From NCBI GenBank assembly GCA_049517655.1, contig JBEKRQ010000002.1, forward strand, positions 480,083 through 512,082: 32,000 bases of DNA, given 5' to 3'. How positions within the stretch are numbered: the first letter of the stretch is position 1; each line of letters starts with the position of its first letter. Of the stretch, positions 17,418-25,375 are shown piece by piece. The translations under genes and the position numbers were made by a program. The notes beneath the pieces were generated by a model that was not told the DNA's origin, ran no database searches, and saw only the letters and a program-made list of their open reading frames with translations. This DNA comes from Verrucomicrobiota bacterium. Lineage in GTDB: Bacteria > Verrucomicrobiota > Verrucomicrobiia > Limisphaerales > UBA11358.

Positions 17418-18794
17418 CTAATCCGCCAGATACTCGCGCGGGTCCACGATTTTTCCGGCAATCGCGCTGGCCGCCACGGTCATTGGTGAGGCAAGGAATA
17501 CCTGTGATTCCTTGTCACCCATGCGACCCGGGAAATTGCGGTTCGTCGCGCTGATGCACTTGATACCCGCCTTGTTGATGCGGCCAAACGTGTCCACCGG
17601 ACCACCGAGACAGGCCGCGCAACCGGCGTTTTCGGTCATCTGCACACCGGCGCTCACGAGGATGTCCCAAACGGTTTGGTTGCCCCAATATGTCGTCTGC
17701 AAATCGCGCACGATTTCCGGCGTCGCCGGCACGCCGAATGTGTCAATGCTCACGTGTTTGCCACGCAACACGCGCGCAAACTCCACGAAATCGCTCGTCT
17801 TGCCGCCAGTGCATGAGCCGACATAGGCGCGATCGAGTTTGATGTGGCCCAGTTCCTTTGCTTTTTTGCGCTGACCGGGATTGGGATGGCACGCGACGGT
17901 CGGTTCAAGCTTGTCGAGGTTCACGACGAGTTCGTAAACGAACTTCTGGTTTTTGTCCGCTTCGACCGGTTCGTAAGTCTGTTTGGTTCCGTTGAGCCTG
18001 GTGCGGGCGTCCACGTATTCCGCCGTGCGCGCGTCGAACGGGAAAATGCCGTTCTTGCCGCCGGCTTCGATTACCATGTTCGCAATCGTCATGCGGTCAT
18101 CCATCGAAAGCGATGCAACGCCCGGGCCGTCGAATTGCATGGCGCGATACGTCGCGCCGTCGGAACCGATTTCGCCGATGCAATGCAGAATCACGTCCTT
18201 GGCCATCACGCCCGGCTGCAATTTGCCTTCGAGTCGGAAGCGCATCGTTTCAGGGACTTTAGCGAGCAACTTGCCCGTGCCCATGACGAAGCCTGCATCG
18301 GTGTTGCCGATGCCGGTGGCGAATTGATTGAACGCGCCGGCCATGCACGTGTGCGAGTCCGTGCCGAACAACACCTCGCCGGGACGCGTATGGCCCTTCG
18401 CTGGCAGCGCCGTGTGGCAGACGCCGGCGTAACGCGAACCGAATTGGCGCTTGAGATTGCCCTTTTTGGGGTCGAAAACCCAGTGGCCGTTCGGGTCGTC
18501 AATCACGTCGTAGAAATACGGAATGTCCTGTTCGCGCACGAAATCGCGGAGGATGTCCACGTTGCGGTTCGAGAGCGAGTCAGTGGTGAAAATATAGTGA
18601 TCGGGAATGATGACGATTTTATTTTTGTCCCAGACTTTTGCATCCTTGCCGAATTCGCGTTTAAACACGCCGATGGTGCCCGGCCCGCAAACGTCATGCG
18701 TCATCAACACGTCGGCGTTGACCCAGATGTTGTTGCCGGCCTGCACGCTCGGTTTTCCGGCGGCGCGGGCGAGAATTTTTTCCGTCAAAGTCAT
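17418..18794 (-). CDS. leuC: aconitase-family dehydratase large subunit (3-isopropylmalate dehydratase LeuC-type; homoaconitase not excluded)
   Basis: MTLTEKILARAAGK...LMTHDVCGPG, GTDSHT, VGSCTGG and CAACLGG (Fe-S ligands). Start at ATG 18794. No small-subunit gene is adjacent. Confidence 0.7.
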   Translation of the reverse strand: MTLTEKILARAAGKPSVQAGNNIWVNADVLMTHDVCGPGTIGVFKREFGKDAKVWDKNKIVIIPDHYIFTTDSLSNRNVDILRDFVREQDIPYFYDVIDDPNGHWVFDPKKGNLKRQFGSRYAGVCHTALPAKGHTRPGEVLFGTDSHTCMAGAFNQFATGIGNTDAGFVMGTGKLLAKVPETMRFRLEGKLQPGVMAKDVILHCIGEIGSDGATYRAMQFDGPGVASLSMDDRMTIANMVIEAGGKNGIFPFDARTAEYVDARTRLNGTKQTYEPVEADKNQKFVYELVVNLDKLEPTVACHPNPGQRKKAKELGHIKLDRAYVGSCTGGKTSDFVEFARVLRGKHVSIDTFGVPATPEIVRDLQTTYWGNQTVWDILVSAGVQMTENAGCAACLGGPVDTFGRINKAGIKCISATNRNFPGRMGDKESQVFLASPMTVAASAIAGKIVDPREYLAD

Positions 18795-18843
18795 AGCTGT
18801 GGAAAATAGCCGATGCAACGGGCAAGTTCAACCGAACAAACAA

Positions 18844-18980
18844 GCTCCATTAGGAGCGGAATCTTTGTAGAATTCCGAATCAACAAAATCTCAAGCCCCG
18901 TCGGGGCGGAATATGCCGCTCCTACGGAGCTTGGAAAATTATGGCGGTGTATTTCTACAAAGATGTCGCGCCTACAGCGC
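18844..18980. repeat. cluster of short GC-rich hairpins (REP-like) in a divergent intergenic region
   Basis: GCTCCattaGGAGC (18844-18857), GCCCCgtcGGGGC (18895-18907), GCTCCtacGGAGC (18918-18930), GCGCctacaGCGC (18968-18980). The flanking genes diverge, so these are not terminators. Confidence 0.6.
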
Positions 18981-19051
18981 TGGCTGGTTGTTAAACCGAA
19001 AGCCGTCCGATAATGCTTGATGGGAATTTAGGAACGTGGTTTGGTGGTCGC

Positions 19052-19612
19052 ATGGGTTTATTCGATATATTTAAGTCCAGAGGCAAAAAAGGGAAAATCT
19101 CAAAAGTTTCAATCCCTGTCGAATTCACAGCAGAAGAAATTGAAGCCATAGACAAAAACTTGGAAACCTATAATTCTTTTGCCGCTGAAAAAGGTGGAAC
19201 ATTTTGTGTTGTTCCTAAACTATTGGATGCACTGAAGGCTCAAGGTTTATTTGAATATGCCTTTCAATTGGTGAACAAGAGCGGGGACGCTAATCTCTCA
19301 AGCGATGAGGTTGCGATAATTTTGGATAAAGCAATCAAAGCGCAATTGAAAGCCCACTGTTTGCACAATTTGCCACTATACCTTTTCCATTCGGCTTTGA
19401 TTTATGAATTGGCTGGCAACACTGAGAAAGCAGAGGTTTGGTTCAAGCATTTTTTACAGATGCAAAACGAATTCAAGCCGGACAAGGTAGATGAAATAAA
19501 TCTTAATTTCCTGATAGATATGCAAGGTTTTGATGTGGCCGAGGCCGTTGAAATTGCGCGCCAAAAATTGGCAAGATATGAAAACCCCAGAGCCAAAACT
19601 TCTTTACCTTGA
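19052..19612 (+). CDS. hypothetical all-helical protein with a TPR-like segment (low-GC cassette, gene 1)
   Basis: ORF in an AT-rich island. Starts with MGLFDIFKSRGKK... (alternative ATG 19013). Contains ALIYELAGNTEKAEVWFKHFLQMQ. No family recognised. Confidence 0.6.
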   Translation: MGLFDIFKSRGKKGKISKVSIPVEFTAEEIEAIDKNLETYNSFAAEKGGTFCVVPKLLDALKAQGLFEYAFQLVNKSGDANLSSDEVAIILDKAIKAQLKAHCLHNLPLYLFHSALIYELAGNTEKAEVWFKHFLQMQNEFKPDKVDEINLNFLIDMQGFDVAEAVEIARQKLARYENPRAKTSLP

Positions 19613-20195
19613 CCTTCCGGTTGTTTCTTGGCCAATAGCAACCGATAAACTGTTTCAAGAATCTGCGGATTGGCGGCATAACGCTTTTCTTAATCTTGGC
19701 GGGAAGTCGTGGGAATCTTACGCAAGCGGATACAAACAGGCAGCAGACTTTCTCGCGCAGCGGTTTCTCGAAAATTATCAGGGCATGGACACGCTCATTT
19801 ACCCGATTGTTTTTCTTTATCGTCACTACATTGAGCTTCGCCTTAAACAGTTGATTATCGCTGGGCAGAAATTACTCGAACAACCCATTAATTATAAGGA
19901 CATACATGACCTCGTCATTTTATGGAGACCTTGCCGTGAAATTCTGCAAAAGATTTGGCCCGAAGAACCAGTTGCAACGTGGGACAACGTCGAGAAACTC
20001 ATCAAGGAATTCAATCAGAAAGATACCGAAGGCATGAATTTTCGTTATCCAATTACCACAAAGAAAAAAGGCCGCAAGCCGACGTTACCTGCGCTAGACC
20101 ACGTGGGTATTGGGAACTTATATGAGGTCATGCAACGCCTTGCCTGTTTTTTTGAGTGCCATATTGAAGGTTTAGAATTCGAAGATTATCCCTGA
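19578..20195 (+). CDS. hypothetical all-helical protein (low-GC cassette, gene 2)
   Basis: ATG 19578 (MKTPEPKLLYLDLP...) lies 35 nt inside the 3' end of gene 1. Motifs: FLYRHYIELRLKQLI and GMNFRYP. Alternative ATG 19533. No family recognised. Confidence 0.6.
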   Translation: MKTPEPKLLYLDLPVVSWPIATDKLFQESADWRHNAFLNLGGKSWESYASGYKQAADFLAQRFLENYQGMDTLIYPIVFLYRHYIELRLKQLIIAGQKLLEQPINYKDIHDLVILWRPCREILQKIWPEEPVATWDNVEKLIKEFNQKDTEGMNFRYPITTKKKGRKPTLPALDHVGIGNLYEVMQRLACFFECHIEGLEFEDYP

Positions 20196-20273
20196 CAAAG
20201 GGGCCTTCACCTTTACCCACAACACACCCGCGTGACTCCGCCTGAAATATTTTTGAATCTGCTCCGCGGCCCG

Positions 20274-20379
20274 GCGCCTGCCTGCGTGGCCGAAGCCGGT
20301 GGCCAAAAGTCCCCGCTGGTCCCGCCGACAGCAGGAAATCAAATTCCAACTGGCGACACTTCGGCGTGGCGAAGGCCCG
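20274..20379. repeat. 106-bp repeat, copy 1 (at the dus 5' boundary)
   Basis: Hand alignment with 21147-21252 gives 92/106 identical and no gaps. Invariant core cgccgacagcaggaaatcaaatt. Both ends carry GCGTGGC(C)GAAG-type direct repeats. Confidence 0.85.
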
Positions 20380-21452
20380 TGCTGGCGCTCTCGCCGATGC
20401 AGGACGTGACCACGCTGGAATTCATGCGGGTTATTGCACACCATGGCGGCGCGGATGTTTATTGGACGGAATACTTCCGCGTTCACGGACAGTCGCGCCC
20501 GGACAAGTGGATTCTCCAGTCCATCACCGAAAATCCGACCGGCAAACCCGTGGTCGCGCAGATGATTGGCAACAATATCCCGGCGCTCGTCCGCACGGCG
20601 AAGGCGTTGCAGCAATTCCCCGTCGCGGCCATCGACCTGAACCTCGGTTGTCCTGCGCCGGTCGTTTACCGCAAATGCGCGGGCGGCGGTCTGTTGCGCG
20701 AGCCGCAAAAAATCGATGCCATCCTCGGCGCGTTGCGCGACGCGGTGACGATTCCGTTCACTGTGAAAACGCGCATCGGTTTCAAGTCGCCCGCCGAGTT
20801 CGACACGTTGTTGCCGCTGTTCGCGAAACATGCGATTGATCTGCTCGTTGTTCACGGACGCACCGTCACACAGATGTATCGGCCCGGTGTGCGCTACGAC
20901 CTCATCGCGCGGGCGGCGCGCGAGTTGCGCTGTCCGGTGTTCGCCAACGGCAATATCCATGGCGCGGCGCAGGCGCAGGCGGTGTTGGCGGAAACCGGCG
21001 CACGCGGATTGATGATCGGGCGCGGAGCGATCCGCAATCCGTGGCTGTTCGATCAAATCCGCCGGCGGTATCGCGGTGAAAAAATCCGGCTGCCGACCGG
21101 GCGTGACGTGCTGACTTACATCCGCGAGCTTTGGGACGCCGAAGTCGCGCCCGCCTGCGTGGCCGAAGCCGGTGTCCCAAAGTTCCCGCCCGATTCGCCG
21201 ACAGCAGGAAATCAAATTTTTACTGGCAACACTTCGGCGCGGCGAAGGCCCGGTGTGCGCAAATCGGCGCAGGTGCGGCGCATGAAAAAATTCATGAACT
21301 TCATCGGCGAAGGGGTGGGCGAAAAGTTCCTGCACGAAATCCGCCGCGTAACGACACAAGCCGATCTCTTCCGCGTCTGCGAAACTTATTTGGATCACGA
21401 CCAGCCGATGACGCTGGAACCGCCGGATTTTATGCGAAGCGATTATATTTGA
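20379..21452 (+). CDS. dus: tRNA-dihydrouridine synthase family protein
   Basis: LALSPMQDVTTLEFMRVI..., DLNLGCP, FTVKTRIG, VHGRT and MIGRGAIRNPWLF are Dus/FMN TIM-barrel motifs. The start is uncertain: GTG 20379 was preferred because it gives MLALSPMQD. The longest ORF starts at GTG 20232, and there is an ATG at 20397. Confidence 0.85.
   Translation: MLALSPMQDVTTLEFMRVIAHHGGADVYWTEYFRVHGQSRPDKWILQSITENPTGKPVVAQMIGNNIPALVRTAKALQQFPVAAIDLNLGCPAPVVYRKCAGGGLLREPQKIDAILGALRDAVTIPFTVKTRIGFKSPAEFDTLLPLFAKHAIDLLVVHGRTVTQMYRPGVRYDLIARAARELRCPVFANGNIHGAAQAQAVLAETGARGLMIGRGAIRNPWLFDQIRRRYRGEKIRLPTGRDVLTYIRELWDAEVAPACVAEAGVPKFPPDSPTAGNQIFTGNTSARRRPGVRKSAQVRRMKKFMNFIGEGVGEKFLHEIRRVTTQADLFRVCETYLDHDQPMTLEPPDFMRSDYI
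21147..21252. repeat. 106-bp repeat, copy 2 (in frame inside dus)
   Basis: Same element and orientation as 20274-20379, 873 bp (291 codons) downstream. Translated as APACVAEAGVPKFPPDSPTAGNQIFTGNTSARRRP between otherwise Dus-like sequence. Confidence 0.85.
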
Positions 21453-21854
21453 TGGAAATTCAAGAGCGTGGTTTGGTGGCAATAGTCGCGAAAGAAATGA
21501 AAATAACGACTATGCTGTGAAATTGATCGGTTATGGAAGTAAGACGGCATTATTCCTGCTATTTCACGGGCAATGGTTATTCGACCAGTCTCTGTCTTAT
21601 GTGAAGAGGAGATTGGTTACAGGGGATAGTGTCGTCAGTCATGGTGCATTTAATAATACAGTAGAAACTGCCAGCAACAATCCACCCCTTTTTACGACAG
21701 CGCAATCCACTGTTGCATCACCAAATTATGGCCAACTTTCACAGAATGCCAACATCCTTCAAAGATGTTCCCGGAATAAGAGTTTAATCAGATTATTCGC
21801 AATCGCCGCCTTCCCGCTAGCAACAATCCGGTAGGACATCACCGAATGCTTTCA

Positions 21855-22823
21855 TTACTTGTCCAGTCCACCGGCCTTTCGCGCCCGCCTCAAAACCTGC
21901 TGCGCCAGCGCACGCGCTTTTGCCGCGCCATCCGCCAGAACATTGTTCACGTAATCCAGGTTCGCCGCCAGTGCCGCCCGTTTCTTCCGCGCTTCGGCGA
22001 AATAATTCCAGTGACACTCGAACAGCGCCTTTTTCAAATCGCCGTAACCAAGACCGCCAGCGCGCAGACGATTCTCAAAATCCTTTGCTACATCCATTGG
22101 CGCAACGAGCTTGAGCAGTTGAATGGCAAGGTTTTTGTCTGCATCAGGCTTGGGCTCCTGCGGCGTGCGGCTGTCCATGACGATGCTCATGATTTTTTTG
22201 CGTGTCGTTTTCTCGTCGCCGAAAATTTCAATCGTGTTGTTGTAACTCTTGCTCATCTTCTGACCGTCCGTGCCGGGCACCACGGCGACCTCGTCGCGGA
22301 TTTGCGGTTCGGGAATCACGAACGTCTGGCCGTATTGCTCGTTGAACTTGATGGCGATATCGCGTGTGACCTCGACGTGCTGTTTCTGGTCGTGGCCAAC
22401 CGGAACGATGTTCGAATCGTAAATCAAAATGTCCGCCGCCATCAGCACCGGATAGGCGAAGAGACCGTGATTGGGTGTGATGCCCTTTGCAAGCTTGTCC
22501 TTGTAACTGGTGCAGCGTTCGAGCAATCCCATCGGCGTGACGGTGGAAAGCAGCCATGTGAGTTCGGTGACTTCCGGCACATCGGATTGTTTGAAGAAGA
22601 CGGTTTTCTTCGGGTCGAGGCCGCAGGCGAGAAAGTCGAGCGCCACATCGAGCGTGTTCTTGCGCCGTTCCACCGGGTCGAACAGCGAGGTCATCGAATG
22701 ATAATTCGCGATGAAATAAAAAGCCTCGCCCTTTTCCTGCAACTCGATGGCGGGTTTCATCATCCCGAAATAATTTCCGAGATGCAGCGCGCCGCTGGGC
22801 TGGATGCCTGATAGAATTCGCAT
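21855..22823 (-). CDS. trpS: tryptophan--tRNA ligase
   Basis: MRILSGIQPSGALHLGNYFG (HIGH-type motif) and KMSKS, 322 aa. Confidence 0.95.
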   Translation of the reverse strand: MRILSGIQPSGALHLGNYFGMMKPAIELQEKGEAFYFIANYHSMTSLFDPVERRKNTLDVALDFLACGLDPKKTVFFKQSDVPEVTELTWLLSTVTPMGLLERCTSYKDKLAKGITPNHGLFAYPVLMAADILIYDSNIVPVGHDQKQHVEVTRDIAIKFNEQYGQTFVIPEPQIRDEVAVVPGTDGQKMSKSYNNTIEIFGDEKTTRKKIMSIVMDSRTPQEPKPDADKNLAIQLLKLVAPMDVAKDFENRLRAGGLGYGDLKKALFECHWNYFAEARKKRAALAANLDYVNNVLADGAAKARALAQQVLRRARKAGGLDK

Positions 22824-22843
22824 GGGGAAAGTTTAATGGAAAA

Positions 22844-22935
22844 ACATCGAACATCCAACATCGAACATCGAACGCTGAATGTTACTGTCGAATGACTGAT
22901 TCGATGTTCGGCGTTCAGTGTTCGTTGTTCGATGT
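22844..22935. repeat. heptamer-periodic imperfect palindrome spanning the recF stop and the trpS leader
   Basis: Left arm (ACATCGA)x4 plus a degenerate unit, 22844-22878. Right arm (TCGATGT-like)x5, 22901-22935. 29-nt arms 22851-22879 / 22907-22935 match 24/29 by hand. Central hairpin TCGAATgactgATTCGA at 22888-22904. On the minus strand it is followed by GTTTTTCC. Confidence 0.75.
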
Positions 22936-24009
22936 TATCTTTTGCAACGATCCCGCCTTCACTCCCCACCGCTGCAAATCCTTGCCCAGTTCGCTCGGCC
23001 AGTTTTCCCCGGTGGCGGTCATGAACACCTGGCCGCTCGTCTTGCGCGCCTGCTCCAGCAATGGCAGAAAACCGCTGCGGCGTTTCACGTCCAACTCGCC
23101 AATCACGTCGTCAATCAACAACACCGGCGCGCTGCCATGAATGCCGGCAAGGTATTCCGCCTGCGCCATTTTCAGCGCGATGGCCAGCGTGCGTTTCTGG
23201 CCTTCGCTGCCGAACTGCGCGGCGGATTTATCGTTGAGTAGTAATTGCAAATCGTCGCGATGCGGGCCGATGAGTGTGGAGCGATACGTCCGTTCGCGCG
23301 AACGCGATTGCGCGAGTTCGACGGCAAAATCTTTTTTGACGCCCGGCCGGTATTCGATGCGCAATTCCTCGGCGTCGTTGGAAACGCGGCGATACGCCAG
23401 GCGCGCCAACGGCGAAAATTTCGGCGCGAGTTCGCGGCGTGCGCGAATGATTTCGTCGCCGAGCTTTACGAGTTCCTGCGAAAAACCGTCCAGCGTGGCC
23501 TCGTCCACGACACGTTGTTTGAGCAACGCGTTGCGGGCGCGAACGGCGCGCATATAACGCTGGAGCAGCGGCAGATAATCGGGTCGCGTTTGCGCGAGCA
23601 GCAAATCGAGAAACCGCCGTCGCGCGCGCGTGGCGCCCTTGATCAGTTGCAAATCCTCCGTGCAAAAAACCACCGTGCGCAGCACGCCGAGATAATCGGT
23701 GAGTTTTTTAACGGGCTGTCCGTCGAGCGACAGATTCCGTTCGCGTGCCGACCAATATATTTTAATTTCGCGTTCGCCCTGGCCGATGATTTTTCCGCCG
23801 ACAAAATAGCCGCGCTGTTCGTGGCGGATCATCTGCGCGCCGCCGACGCCGCGGAACGAGCGCAGCGTGGCCATGAGATAAATGGCTTCAAGGATGTTCG
23901 TCTTGCCCTGCGCGTTGTCGCCGAGCAGGAGATGGAAGCCGGGCGCGAAGTCCGCATCCAACCGCGCATAATTGCGGAAGTCACGAAGTCGCAAATGAGC
24001 CAGATGCAC
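22915..24009 (-). CDS. recF: DNA replication and repair protein RecF
   Basis: HLAHLRLRDFRNY...LLLGDNAQGKTNILEAIYL (Walker A) and LLIDDVIGELD (Walker B). GTG 24009 gives a canonical N-terminus. The longest ORF extends to 24075. Confidence 0.9.
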   Translation of the reverse strand: MHLAHLRLRDFRNYARLDADFAPGFHLLLGDNAQGKTNILEAIYLMATLRSFRGVGGAQMIRHEQRGYFVGGKIIGQGEREIKIYWSARERNLSLDGQPVKKLTDYLGVLRTVVFCTEDLQLIKGATRARRRFLDLLLAQTRPDYLPLLQRYMRAVRARNALLKQRVVDEATLDGFSQELVKLGDEIIRARRELAPKFSPLARLAYRRVSNDAEELRIEYRPGVKKDFAVELAQSRSRERTYRSTLIGPHRDDLQLLLNDKSAAQFGSEGQKRTLAIALKMAQAEYLAGIHGSAPVLLIDDVIGELDVKRRSGFLPLLEQARKTSGQVFMTATGENWPSELGKDLQRWGVKAGSLQKITSNNEH

Positions 24010-24077
24010 ACGAACAAAATGAAACGCAACGGCGAAAACGGCGAGTCTTTTAATGGCCGAAATTATGATTCGCAAAC

Positions 24078-24106
24078 TTGACGCGCCGCGCTTGAAAAAC
24101 TAATTT
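24078..24106 (+). promoter_or_regulatory. candidate promoter of tRNA-His
   Basis: TTGACG (24078-24083), 17 nt, TAATTT (24101-24106), 11 nt before the mature tRNA 5' end. Pattern match only. Confidence 0.35.
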
Positions 24107-24117
24107 GGTAATCGGCT

Positions 24118-24193
24118 GGTGGTCGTAGCTCAATGGTAGAGTCCAAGCTTGTGGAGCTTGTTGTTGCGGGTTCAAATCCCGTCGGCCACCCCA
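24118..24193 (+). tRNA. tRNA-His (anticodon GTG)
   Basis: The cloverleaf folds by hand. Acceptor GTGGTCG/CGGCCAC, anticodon stem CAAGC/GCTTG with loop TTGTGGA (GTG at 24151-24153), T-arm GCGGG-TTCAAAT-CCCGT. The extra G-1 pairs with C73, which is His-specific. CCA is encoded. Confidence 0.9.
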
Positions 24194-24221
24194 GTCTTCG
24201 CTCGAAGCGCAGAGCGAAGAC
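24194..24221 (+). other. perfect 10-bp stem-loop abutting the tRNA 3' end
   Basis: GTCTTCGCTC-gaagcgca-GAGCGAAGAC. There is no U-tract, so its role (processing signal, terminator or REP-like) is undetermined. It starts a hairpin-rich 180-bp spacer that has an 11-bp direct repeat ctgccgcgccg (24221-24231, 24323-24333). Confidence 0.4.
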
Positions 24222-24381
24222 TGCCGCGCCGTAGTGCGCAGCACGTAGGCGGGCAAGAAACTCTCATTCAACAATGCGCTTCGAGCTTCGACTCGGCAAG
24301 CCAGCCAACAGTAGAGAGCGGGGCTGCCGCGCCGAATCCCGCAAAGCGGGAGAAGGCGGGCTTTCTCTCCAAGTAAACCTT

Positions 24382-25362
24382 CTACGAGGTGGCGTTAATC
24401 AAACCGGTGATATCGTCTGAATCCGTGTTGATGTCGGCGAACAACCAGGTCGAGAGATAACGCTCGGTTGACGACGGCACGATGACGACGATTATTTTAC
24501 CCTTGTTTTCGCGGCGTTTGGCGACTTGCAACGCCGCCCAAATCGCCGCACCGCTGGAGATGCCGGCGGGGATGCCGTCGAGTTGATTGACCTCTTTTGA
24601 AATCGGGCCGGAGTCTTCTTCATCCACCTCGATGACTTCGTCCACGATTTTCATATTCAGGTTGTCGGGAATGAAACCCGCGCCGATGCCCTGTAATTTG
24701 TGCGGACCGGGCGCTCCACCGGAAATCACCGCTGACTTTGCAGGCTCGACGGCAATCGCCTTGAAACCGGGCTTGCGTTTCTTGATGACCTCCGCAATGC
24801 CGGTGATGGTGCCGCCGGTGCCGACGCCCGCGACAACAATGTCCACCTTGCCGTCGGTGTCGCGCCAGATTTCCTCGGCGGTTGTGCGGCGATGAATCTC
24901 CGGATTTGACGGATTGGAAAATTGCTGGAGGACGACGCTGTTCGGAATCTGTTTGTGCAATTCCTCGGCTTTGGCAATCGCCCCTTTCATGCCTTTGGCG
25001 CCTTCGGTTAAAACCAGCTTCGCACCAAGAATTTTCAGCAGTTTGCGGCGTTCCAAGCTCATCGTTTCGGGCATCGTCAGGATCAATTTCAATCCACGCG
25101 CCGCGGCAACGAACGCCAGCGCGATGCCGGTGTTGCCGCTGGTTGGCTCGATAAGCACGGTGCCCTGATTGATGGCTCCGGACTTGAACGCGTCATCAAT
25201 CATTGCCACGCCGATGCGATCTTTGACACTGGAAAGCGGGTTGAAAAATTCGAGTTTGAGCAACACATCGGCGACTGCGCCGTGTTTTTTGGCCGTGTGG
25301 TTCAACCGCACAAGCGGTGTATTACCAACGGTTTCAGTAATATCGTTGTAGATGCGTGACAT
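24382..25362 (-). CDS. cysK: cysteine synthase A (O-acetylserine sulfhydrylase)
   Basis: GNTPLVRLN...[15 protein letters not shown] (PLP Lys), [10 protein letters not shown] and [10 protein letters not shown]. Confidence 0.9.
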   Translation of the reverse strand: MSRIYNDITETVGNTPLVRLNHTAKKHGAVADVLLKLEFFNPLSSVKDRIGVAMIDDAFKSGAINQGTVLIEPTSGNTGIALAFVAAARGLKLILTMPETMSLERRKLLKILGAKLVLTEGAKGMKGAIAKAEELHKQIPNSVVLQQFSNPSNPEIHRRTTAEEIWRDTDGKVDIVVAGVGTGGTITGIAEVIKKRKPGFKAIAVEPAKSAVISGGAPGPHKLQGIGAGFIPDNLNMKIVDEVIEVDEEDSGPISKEVNQLDGIPAGISSGAAIWAALQVAKRRENKGKIIVVIVPSSTERYLSTWLFADINTDSDDITGLINATS

Positions 25363-25375
25363 ATGATTCCGTGGT

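Noticed and set aside
17844-18809. Long shadow ORFs opposite real genes: 17844-18809 (+), 21846-22811 (+), 23245-24081 (+), 26447-27415 (+), 27524-28543 (+), 28623-29747 (+), 5406-6380 (+), 8196-9176 (+), 15673-16380 (-)
   Set aside because: Each lies antisense to a gene with strong family motifs (leuC-like, trpS, recF, metX, metY, OMP, FIST, PT-rich protein, HK/pncC). Each has the R/A/G/H-rich composition of non-coding frames.
19013-20195. The two cassette ORFs as a single frameshifted gene
   Set aside because: Within the overlap, the gene 1 frame reads as a plausible helix to its stop. The gene 2 frame only looks protein-like from ATG 19578 onward. There is no homopolymer at the junction. 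I kept them as two coupled genes, but this cannot be excluded without homologs.
20172-21482. 436-aa minus-strand ORF
   Set aside because: It is antisense to dus, whose Dus motifs are clear on the plus strand. The ORF is Arg-rich and low in complexity, and it partly just translates the two 106-bp repeat copies.
22824-22914. T-box or TRAP-type tryptophan control of trpS
   Set aside because: There is no T-box specifier/antiterminator architecture, and the leader is under 100 nt. The repeats are 7-nt ACATCGA units rather than 9-11 (G/U)AG triplets spaced by 2-3 nt. Those systems are also Firmicute-specific.
24118-24381. tRNA-His as the attachment site of a genomic island
   Set aside because: No integrase is present, there is no direct repeat of the tRNA 3' end, and the downstream genes are core sulfur metabolism with host-like GC.
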